DNA of 62,687 nt from Haliotis rubra (taxonomy: Eukaryota). Shown piece by piece: positions 23,501 through 34,000 of the stretch (its first letter is position 1; the number at the start of each line of letters is the position of its first letter). The DNA is taken from contig NW_025765147.1 of assembly GCF_003918875.1 (NCBI RefSeq), positions 186,001 through 248,687 on the forward strand. Direction: 5' to 3'. A model generated the notes under the pieces. The model did no database searches, had not been told where the DNA came from, and worked only from the letters and a program-made list of their open reading frames with translations. The position numbers and the translations under genes are program-made.

Positions 23501-25647
23501 GTTCCTAGTATGGTGATCTACCTTCAGTTGTTGGCGATCTATAGCCCATTTTTAGATTGTGTTGTCCCCTATAATTAAAATGTTTTAGATTCAATTACTA
23601 GTTTTACATATATATCTGTGATTCTCTAGTTGCTTTACTGTCCTTCGTCGGCAGGTTTTATAATATCTATATATATATATATATTGTTTTCAATATCAAA
23701 TGTTCTCGTCACGATATGGCTGAAATATTGCCGATGTGACGTTAAATATTAACTCACTCACTCACTCCAAACATCCACTTTTATTAGAAATTATTGAATT
23801 GTACAATGACACTTGCTACTGGCCAATGCGACATCGTCTTTTGTTGGTTACCCAGCCACGTTGGCATTTCTACCAGGAACACGATGGCTAATATTGCTGC
23901 TAAAGGCAGCACTCAACAAATCTGTGACACCACTTCTTATCCCATACTCTGATTATAAAGCCAGCATTAGAACATACATCCGCGATCTAATGCAAAGAAG
24001 TTAGGACACCCAAGTAGGTATTAATAAATTACATGCAATAAAACCCTACATTGGTTACATCTACTTGGGTTGTCAGCCCACATTTGAGGAGGTCATTATG
24101 CGACGATGTCGCATTGGCCATACCAGATATACTCATGAATATTTATTGAAAGGCGAAGATCCTCCGTTTTGTATCCCTTGTGATGAAAAGAATCACAGTC
24201 AAGCATGTCTTGCTTGACTGCATTGAATATTCCATCACAAGGGATATCTATTCAAATCAAAACTCTGAAGGATCTTTTTAATAATGTCAGTTCTCATTTA
24301 ATTATTGCATTTTTTAAAAAATTAGATTTGTTGACTGATTTGTAAATAGTTAAATATTTTATTGTTGGTAGTTTATATTAGTAACTGAGATTGTTAGTGG
24401 CTGTACCCTCAAAGGGGTTGACGTAGCGTAAAATTATTGTCCCCTGAAGTACGTACGTAGAGTCCACAACTTTCAAAGTTAATTTAAGTGTACCAGGTTT
24501 TAATCGTAGAATATGTGTGCTTTTTAATTTCTGGCTAGATTTCTCTTCTGTCGCCAATGGCTGAAGGGATGGTGTAAAAATCAGCTAGGGTCCATGCAGG
24601 TAGCAAAGTAATGTAAGTCCCCATGGGCCTTAGTATGGTGATCTACCCTCAGTTGTTGGCGATCTATAGCCAATTTTTACATTGTATTGTCTTCTTTAAT
24701 TGGAATTTTTTAGCTTTGTTTGCTAGTTTTATATTTATCTATGTGATTGTCTAGTATTTTTACTGTCCTTCGTCGGCAGGTTTTTATAATAACTATATAT
24801 ATTCTATTTCAATGTCAAATGTTCTCGTCACGATATGGCTGAAATATTGCCGATGTGACGTTAAATACTAACTCACTCACTCACTCACTAAGGTCAGCCT
24901 GTAGTGAGTGAGTGAGTTGGATACTTCTAACCTCATCAATATTCCAGATATGTATGGCCACGGTCTGTAAATATTCAAATCTGGACCACACAATCCGGTG
25001 GTCAACATCATGAGCATCGATCTACGCACTTTGGATATGATCACGTGTCAACCAAGCCCCGTTAGTCGCCTCTTACGTCAAGCTGAAGACCAATTCTTAC
25101 CCGGATCTTCACGGATAAACCCCACACAATAACAAATCTACCCTTCTTGCTTAAACGTACAACTACGTCTTTTCGACATATGCATGTGCATAATAGCAGG
25201 GACAATGAGCATGAATTCATGTCGTCATGTCGATAAAACGTCAATGAAGAGAAAACAAATCACCGAGCCGAACAACATAATCTCTGGATCTTCCTTCTGC
25301 TCTACATGTAATACATGTATACTCATCATAGGAACAAATAAGGGAACACATGGAAGTACAAGTGATCCTTTATTATATATTTCCAGAATTCCACTCACAT
25401 TGCAATACATACCTTGTGAAGGAACCTGGAAATGAATAAAGGAACACTTGTACTTGCATGTGTTCCACATATTGTTCTCTATATATTTTCAGAATCGTTT
25501 TCATTTATTTTGAATAATTACAAAGAACAGATACGCCACTTGAAGGTATATTTTGAGATGTAATTTACCTGTAGAGCGTGACTGCCAGGAACACGAACAC
25601 CAAGAAGGCCACAACCAGCACCACGCAGCTGATGACAAGGAGAATAT
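8589..25647 (-). CDS. Putative single-pass TM protein D with acidic Tyr tail (last two exons: 25647-25569, 8796-8589)
   Basis: TM exon ILLVISCVVLVVAFLVFVFLAVTLY ends phase 2 (AG|gt) and fits the acceptor ttccag|G, giving R-MLSYFTADKTQDDAYACALAETKDDGDYETV...*; 5' exons not resolved. Confidence 0.55.
8969..9217 (-). mobile_element. SINE-like repeat, family 2
   Basis: CCCGTGAAGGTC...TGTCGTAAGAGGCGACTAACGGGATCG...GCTGGAATATTGCTGAGTGCGGCGTAAAAC(TCAC)n; multiple copies in window. Confidence 0.8.
10280..11080 (+). mobile_element. Degraded 3' LINE fragment (Rex1/L2-like RT)
   Basis: TGDPHGCV..SVLFVLYTNDC...KFADDATV, FYQTFIQSVLTY..LCWYG; ends near AATAAA. Confidence 0.65.
11091..13860 (-). mobile_element. 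Crypton-type tyrosine recombinase DNA transposon
   Basis: YR coding region, long terminal hairpin (11098-11333), inverted repeat TTATTACCCACGT (11334-11346) / ACGTGGGTAATAA (13846-13858). Confidence 0.75.
11832..13504 (-). pseudogene. Tyrosine recombinase (DUF3504/Crypton-like), frameshifted
   Basis: GDEYEPSSLRG..SLDRHL, FFGLRS (R), KTR (K), LTNHSAR (HxxR), SGHKNVASVNSY (H,Y) distributed over several frames. Confidence 0.85.
15261..18200 (+). pseudogene. Outer LINE ORF2 (AP endonuclease, RT, start of RNase H), frameshifted
   Basis: QWNCRG, LQET, GDLNGH, SDHFP; YRPISL, FFDLEKAYD, PQGS, FVDD; FTDGS. Confidence 0.9.
18201..23767 (+). mobile_element. Inner I/Nimb-type LINE nested in the outer LINE's RNase H region
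   Basis: Frameshifted ORF1 from 18229; ORF2 ~19540-23184 with APE, RT, RNase H (FTDGS, AEANAI, FSDS, WLPSHVG) and C-terminal CCHC; (ACTC)n tail ending 23767. Confidence 0.9.
24904..25113 (-). mobile_element. SINE-like family 2
   Basis: Similar to the 8969 copy, with an internal deletion. Confidence 0.7.
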
Positions 25648-26033
25648 CTTAATCAGATCACAATAAACATTATGTGTGTACCTTGCATGTTTGTCAGATG
25701 CAGCAAGTGAATTTTCAGAGATGAATTGCGTCCTTAAACTGAAGATCAGGTAATTTACGCCTTGTAAGCTAAATGTGAGCGTAACTATGAAGAGAGTTAT
25801 TTGGGGTTTGTGAAACCCATGACCACGGTACAAGTCTCGAATCATGCAAACATCGGTACAAACATCATCATCTATAATGCATTCGATCACGAGAATCCCA
25901 CTCGTGAAAGAGACACTACTCTGCATAGCTTATTGAGAGGCATCAGGCGACTGGGCAAAAGCTGTCCACAAACAGCAGTATGTTTTGTGTATTTCTAAAA
26001 GGGACTGAATTAGTCCCTGAGTGTAACATATGC

Positions 26034-26195
26034 GTGAGTTAACCTTTAATTTCACGCCACTTTTAGCACTATTCCAGCAATATCACGGCAGGGGACACCA
26101 GAAATGGACTTCGCACATTGTACTCCTGTGGGGAATCGAACCCGGGTCTTCGGCGTGACAAGCGGACGACGAGTTCACTAGGCTACCCCATCGCT
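26034..26195 (-). mobile_element. SINE family 1
   Basis: GGGGAATCGAACCCGGG B-box and body match the 238 copy. Confidence 0.8.
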
Positions 26196-27345
26196 CTGTA
26201 TGTATCATATGAGCATTATGAGTAGATTGTCACGAATCCGTGACATATCTATCTGTGACTTACAATCAAATTCCACGGAACAGACAATATGTAAAGAAAA
26301 CCTGATGTTTAATTCACTGCTCATAAGGATAATGGGTACTCCTGGTTCAATACAGACGCATGAACTGGCCAACTGATTTACACTTCCAGCAACGATGTTC
26401 GTAATTACATGATTTCATGAATCGCGCCAGTGCACCAAAATGAGACATGCACGTATTGCATACATAGGATCAATAGTAATAAACTCAGAGGTCATGATGA
26501 ACTTTATGAACTGTTCACTAACACACTTTCCGAAATGACTTTCCGGGCGACAAAGATATACTCGTTGTTCCCAAACTTAGTCTCCTCCTAAGTACCAAAG
26601 TTATATCTTGGCGTAAGCTTATCTTTACGGCCTGTCACTACGACCGATGTAAGATGTAAGGAGGTTCACGGGTTTTCAAGTTTTCTGGCCATGTTAAAAA
26701 ACTCTGGGGCTTTACATTTTAAAATAAATTAACAAAATGAACAACATTGAGATACATACAAGAAAGAGGACGATATCACAAACATTTTGCTGTCTTTCTC
26801 GACACATTCTGTAGGTAACCTTTAAGCATAGTATTATGCTATTTGTGGTTATAGTTATAATTAGTTAATTAGTTATATTGTTAAGGATTTCAGCATTTCC
26901 AAGTAATGATTTGGGGTGTTGATTGGGAAAAAAACACAAGATTCACATACAGTCGAACACTGTTGTGTATTTTCTAGGTACGCCACAGCGGCAAATGACT
27001 AAATACCAGCTTTTGCTTCGAGACAATGGTACGTTCGTCACATCAAAATTCAGAGACAATGGTGTTTGACTGCAACATACCCTTTACGTAGTAGACACAA
27101 AGAGGTGATTAGGACGGACAACGTGTTGTTTGCAGAGACAGATTTGGCCATTTGTCCTCTACTTGCCTTTGTTTTCCATGACGTCAGCAGTCCTCGAAGT
27201 GTCACAGCCGCGTTGTGTATCTGCCATCACAAAGGTTGCGTTAACGCATTCAGCAATAGCGTTACGGTCAATATGTATCAGACATAAACAGTAGTTCTTT
27301 AATATCTTTTACAAGAGATCAGGTAAGATGCAGCTCAATGTTTGA

Positions 27346-28740
27346 CGCAGCTGAGGCCATACTGAGGGATCACTTTGTGACTAGATATTAGACGCAACAA
27401 CGGCCCTACAGAGGGATCACTTTGTGACTAGATATTAGACTAGAAAAGTCCGTGCAGAGGGATCACTTTGTGACTAGATATTAGACACAGCGAAGGCCAT
27501 ACAGAGGGATCACTTTGTGACAAGATATTAGACGCAGCAACAGCCCTAAAGAGGGATCACTTTGTGACTAGATATAAGAGGCAGCGAAGTCCGTACAGAG
27601 GGATCGCTTAGTGACTAGATATGAGACGCTGCTAAGGCAGTTTAGAGGGATCATTTTGTGACTAGATATTAGACGCAGCAAAGTCCGTACAGAGAGATCA
27701 CTTTGTGACTAGATATTAGACGTATAAATGTCCGTGCAGAAGGATCACTTTATGACTAGATATTTTACGTAGAAGGGTCCGTAAGGAGGGATCACTTAGT
27801 GACTAGATATTAGACATAGAAAAGTCCGTAGTGAGGGATCACTTTGTGACAAGATATGAGACGCAGCAAAGTCCGTACAGAGGGATCACTTAGTGACTAG
27901 ATATGAGACGCTGCTAAGGCAGTTGAGAGGGATCACTTTGTGACTAGATATTAGACGCAGCAACGTCCGTACAGAGGGATCACTTTGTGACTAGATGTTA
28001 GACGCAGCAAATTCCGTACAGAGGGATCACTTTGTGACAAGATATGAGAGGCAGCAAAGTCCCTACAGAGGGATCGCTTTGTGACTAGATATGAGAGGCA
28101 GCGGAGTCCGTACAGAAGGATCACTTTGTGACAAGATATTAGACGTAGAAAAGTCCGTGCAGAAGGATCACTTGATGGCAAGATATTTAAGGTAGAAAGG
28201 TCCGCACAGAGGGATCACTTTGTGACTAGATATTAGACGTAGAAAGGTCCGTAGTGAGGGATCACTTTGTGACAAGATATTAGACGCAGCAAAGTCCGTA
28301 CAGAGGGATCACTTAGTGACTAGATATGAGACGCTACTAAGGCAGTTGCGAGGGATCACTTTGTGACTAGATATTAGACGCAGCAAAGTCCGTACAGAGG
28401 GATCACTTTGTGACAAGATATTAGACGTAGAAAAGTCCGTTCAGAAGGATCACTTTATGACTAGATATTTAACGTAGAAAGGTCCGTACAGAGGATCACT
28501 TTGTGACTAGATATTAGACGTAGAAAAGTCCGTGCAGAGGGATCACTTTGGGACTAGATATTAGACGTAGAAAGGTCCGTAGTGAGGGATCACTTTGTGA
28601 CAAGATATTAGACGGAGCAAAGTCCGTACAGAGGATCACTTTGTGACTAAATATGAGAGGCTGCTAAGGCAGTTGAGAGGGATCACTTTGTGACTAGATA
28701 TTAGAAAAAAGTCCGTACAGGGGTCACTTTGACTCTAGAC
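27346..28740. repeat. ~47-bp minisatellite, about 30 units
   Basis: Unit GAGGGATCACTTTGTGACTAGATATTAGAC plus a variable ~17 bp (e.g. GCAGCAAAGTCCGTACA). Confidence 0.95.
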
Positions 28741-29159
28741 ATTAACTCTAACTGTTGTTCAACACGACGTTTAATCCAGTACACTCATTCCCTGCGTGAA
28801 ACATTATCAACTGCCACTTAAGCTCAACCCTTTTCCACACAATATGCAAGGCTCTGTGATCTGCAAATATTGTTCTTTTGTAAATGAGATATTGGGTTTA
28901 CGAGGAGGTAGGACAGATACTAGCGGTTACATACTGTCAGCAAAGAGACAATACACAGGGAAGGGCTGCATCCAGAACAATTATGCCAATTTTTTTTTTT
29001 GATTCAGACATTCGTACAAGCATTTGTATGCGCTATTTAGATAGGATTTCGCGTGTCGATGGGTTAGGTTTTGGTGTACATACATCGAACCACCTTGTAT
29101 CCTTTCTGCTCAGTATTAAACAAGAGTAAGTTAGTCTCATACTTCTGCCATCCCTGATT

Positions 29160-29390
29160 GGTTTGTTATTTAACGCCGCACTCAGCAATATTCAAGCTAT
29201 ATAGCGGCGGCCTGTAAATTATCGAGTCTGGACCAGATAATCCAGTGATCAACATAATGAGCATCGATCTGCACAATTGAGATATTATGACATGTGTCAA
29301 CCAAGTCAGCGAGTCTGACCACCCTACCGTTAGTCGGCTCTTACGACAAGCATGGGTTACTGAAGATTAATCTCACCCGCATCTTCACTG
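29160..29390 (-). mobile_element. SINE-like family 2
   Basis: Matches the 8969 and 30034 copies. Confidence 0.75.
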
Positions 29391-30033
29391 GTTTCCCTGA
29401 CATAGACGTGACGTAGATATGACCAAACGAACATGAGTATGGTGCTGTAAAACTACAATCTGAGAAAACAACGCAATGCATTGTACTGAATCAAAAGGGA
29501 ATTCCTGAATCTTTATTAGTATACAATGCGAGGCAGAAAGCCTCGTCTGCAATCAAACATTGAGGAACGACACAAGACTTGATTCATAGTATTGAACGAG
29601 AATGGCATCCTCAAGTGAGTGAGAGGACTCGATATTTAAGGCACTTGTGATTTTCAGATAACACTTATTTGCATTTTCAAAATGCTGAAGATGATAATTT
29701 ACAATAGCGACAATCCGTATTGATCGATTTGTGTATTTGTTCATAAATGTTATCGTAAAACGACCTTCAGGGTAATGCAGTGGGTAATGAAAAAATATGA
29801 ATGCAAACAAGGAAAAACAACAACAATTTTCTGTAACGCAAGTTTATCTGCAGATTATTCGTTTACAAAGCAATCATACATGACACGAAAAAAAAAATGA
29901 GATTAGTTGCTGGAAAATAACATTCGCGCCCAAGGCACTCACTCAATTTGAAAGAAGATACAACAATCGGTCAAAGACATTATACATTTCTGTGGTTTTT
30001 AGCAAACATATATTTCTGTACTTACATGCTTAA

Positions 30034-30278
30034 ACCCGTGAAGGTCGGGTTAAAATTGGTTTGCAGCAACCCATGCTTGTCGTAAGAAGGCGACTAACGG
30101 GATCGGGTGGTCAGGCTCGCTCACCTGGTTGACACACGTTGCGTAGATTGCGTAGATCGATTCTCATGTTGTTGATCCCTGGATTGGCTGGTCCAGACTC
30201 GATTATTTACAGACCGCTGCCATATAGCTGGAAAATTGTTGAGTGCGGCGTAAAACTAAACTCGCTCACTCACTCACT
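30034..30278 (+). mobile_element. SINE-like family 2
   Basis: ACCCGTGAAGGTC start through (CTCA)n tail. Confidence 0.8.
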
Positions 30279-31047
30279 TAAAGACACATATATGAGATAA
30301 TCTCAAAGCATCTGTTACCGTTGAATCATTAAAGGTGAAAAGATATTGTTAACTTTCGAAGTCGTTGTCTCCAAGCACGGATGTGTTACATGTAATGAAT
30401 CATATTATAAACTAACCGTAAGAAGCCAACTTCAGTTTTAGGAGACTGCCTCTTAAGCGGTGACTGTATCAGTGAACAGTTCAGTATTAAAACAAGCTTC
30501 AGAAAACAAAGTTTACGTATACAACGTATTTTGTGAAACAAAATTGATAAAAAGTAGTAAAATGTTATTATGAAAATGTAAGAATATCTTGACCGCTATA
30601 CAACAACAACTACGTATCTGAAATACTGTGTTTGCATAACCATTGTGAAAATGTTTCAGAAATATATTTTGACATAAATATAATACCTTTATTATTCCCT
30701 GCACATGCTAAAACTATCTTACCATTCACATGGTCAATTTTCAGTCAAAGGTTTGGAAGTAGATTTCGAATGTACAGAATTTTGAACAAGGAAGGTATTT
30801 CCTGTATGACTGGGATGTTTCTAAAAGATGAAAGTTACATAACAGTGGACAAGCAATAGTAAACCGAAGGTTGGAACAACAAACAGTGTTTTATATAATT
30901 TAGATGGAAAACAATAATTTTAATGAATGTGGTATTACACCGCGTTTAGAAATATTCCAATATATCGGTGCGTGTGACCAATTCCTCTTCAATTCCACAT
31001 GTAACACTGAACACTGAATGAGCATATAAAGAGAATCGTGGTGTCCA

Positions 31048-34000
31048 TCATTTGGTGGCGAATGTGTTTGTAGACTGCACCTGCTGGCAGGCCAACTCGT
31101 ACAGGTATCTGTAGTCCTCCTGAATAACAAACAAGAGGATCGAAGAGAATTGTTTGCAAATCCATGTCAGCATTTATAATTATTATACCTATCCATAGAA
31201 ACATGAGAGTATTGATTTTAAAGGAACACGAAGCAGTTGATCGAGTCCTTGAATCACGTTTCGCACTGATCTTGTCAAAACCATACGCGTTCTTTACTTA
31301 CCTTTGCATGGGCATGTGGCTGATATGATCGACGTGCAGAATACTTTCAACTGTTCTCGAGTACATGGTATCGTCGTTAATTTATAGTGAATTATTAACA
31401 TCTCCTTAGGATATATATTGAACAGCATAACAAATTCTGCTTTGAGCAGATATTTGCAGTTTTTTGTTTTCAGGAACCTGTTAAACGTCTATGATATGTT
31501 TTAATTCGGGCTTTCTTTCACGTCAAACCTACCGCCATGGTTTAACTGATATTGTGTTCAACATCTCCATCTGAACATATAAAGTATGCTCACCACACAG
31601 GTGATGGGTTGCCCATTTCTACACTGTATCTCCCTGACTGTCAAGTAGATGTCCACTTCCTTGTCCAGTCTCAGGCTGGTCAGCACACTGACTGCAGCAG
31701 CAAAGAGGCTGCACTTCCTGGGATCGTCTCTGGTGTATAGTATATTTGATAACAGTATATTTGATAATAGGCGCAAACATATTCATTATCTGTAAATCTT
31801 TATATTTCCTGTTGGGGCCCTGGCATGTTGGACAGTCATCAGGCAGACAGTTTATCGAAAACAACTATCTGTGTATCAGATGTCGAATAATGAATTATAA
31901 TTCGTGTTGTTTTCATGGCGTCATGCAGAAACAAATGGCTACATGCACTGAAGGTGTAAACGTTGCCTGCATATGCTACGTGCACACCATCTACTGACTA
32001 TTCAATATACCTGAGAGACGGAGTCACTTTCACCTGTCATAACTGATGGCCTATGAGCTTTCGAAACGTTTGTGTAACGGACATACATTCAAGAACAGCG
32101 ACCTACCGACACTGGAGTATGACGGGATGGGGCCCACTGATGTGTTGACGTTCAGTCAGGATCTCTACGAGCATCAGGAGATTGGCTTTGTCAAAGTGAC
32201 GTTCTGTAGATGGGGAGTTGAAGTTGTAGTTGACGATAGACGCCACACCTGATCCGCTGTCCTGTAACAAAGGAACCAAACCAACACATGATCAATCAAC
32301 CATGTCCTGTGGGACAAAGTATATTAGTGGCTGTGGGTTGCCAAGAATAACGACACACCCGTGTTAAAGAATTGTCCATACCCAAAATGTCTGCATCGTC
32401 TTTGATTCGATGGTTAGTTTCATCCCCGTCACTCCTACAGAAACGTCATCAACGGAGTTCAAGGTCACGTGAAACTCTCCAAATGTCAACGACGTGCCAA
32501 CGTCCTTTGGCATGGCATCAGAAGGATTCTAAGGATGAAGGTAAAATCAAATCTACAAGGAGATCCGTAATTCACAAGTGTCCATTAGGCTAACACTTAC
32601 AAAACTAAGATATAAGCTATAACATGTTATTTCATGTTGATCATGTCAGTGCGCAGTGGGAAGCGTAATTTTGATGCTATCTGTGGTAAGGATTTCTAAT
32701 AATTATTGAAAGGACTTCGTTGTATGAATATCCATCGAGTTTTTCAGGGCCAAAGTATTGACACATTGTCAAATCTCTCAGACATAACAAGTGAACATAT
32801 TGGTATTGATAAGCAATAAAAGGGTACCCGATAATTTCATTTCTCATGATATGCCTTGAGACCTAAAATGTACATTATTGTTACCTGGCTGATGGTGATG
32901 ATGGTACCAGAACTGTTCCCGCATACCAGCTGCCATAGTTCTTCGAGAGAAGGCTCCTTAACCACTCCGATGTTGAGGAAGCCCTTCTTGTTGAAATACG
33001 ACTTTGAAAGCAAATAATATATTTTCTTCATCCATACAATTGGCAGATTTGGATTTATTTCGTCCTGCATTTATGTAGATAATATGTATAACAAACAAAA
33101 CAAAGAAAAGTAAACAAAATGATTGTAGAAATTATTCGCTCAATACATACCGGCAGAGGTGTTATATTGAAATTGAATAGATCATCACCTACAAAAGAAA
33201 AACCATGTTAACATATTTCCTCAAGACATACTAGTAGAATATGTGTGAACGAAGGGAATGAAACAATAAACCCCGAAAACTTTGTATGAAAGTCCACACC
33301 AACATATTAACATAAACGTTCTTCAAGTAAATTGTCATTCCGTAAGAAGTTACTTTTGATGACACACTTGATACATTTTAGATTTTGACAAATATGTTTA
33401 CCAAGATAATATTGTGTTAAAGGCTTTAGAATTTAGCTGCAAGGCATAATTTGTTGTACCATCTTCTTGTGTGGGATCTGGCTTTGCGTCAGTCTTCTGG
33501 TCTCTCTGGAGTGACATCATAACTTCCAAATTCTGGAATAAAATTAATATCCACATTCAGAACATATTCAAGTATTCGTTAAACTTTGATCCTACCGTAA
33601 GATACTTTGGTTTGTTAATTATTTTTCTTTACATAAGTAAATTTGTTTAAAGAATCGTCACGTAACACTATAGATTTATCCCAAAACGTCACCAGAATCA
33701 CCTCGTATTCCTCCTGGATTACGATGTTGCCTGCTTCCAACATAGCTGGCAGTTCTCTAGCCACTACCGGCGAATCCCTGCTGAAGAGTGCCTCGAGGAC
33801 AGCCCAGTGGAGGAACTTATACTGTCCCTAGAACAAACACCAACACCAACAATACTACATGTGCCAGGAGAACCTTTTATTTATTTAGAAACACCCACAA
33901 ACATTCGCAATACATTATATACTAATATGGATCAGATGGTTTATGCCAGTGTGTTGGCATACGATATAGAACGTCAGTGCAAAAGAACACCCAGTATTCC

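Larger units (their letters stand above)
9457..24886 (+). mobile_element. Outer near-full-length I/Nimb-type LINE carrying nested insertions
   Basis: 13-bp TSD ACTAAGGTCAGCC (9444-9456 / 24887-24899), GC-rich 5' UTR, ORF1, ORF2 (APE-RT-RNase H), 3' part resumes at 23768, (ACTC)n tail. Confidence 0.9.

Noticed and set aside
27346-28740. CRISPR-like repeat/spacer array
   Set aside because: The 'spacers' are only ~17 bp, related to each other and recurrent; no cas genes; eukaryotic context
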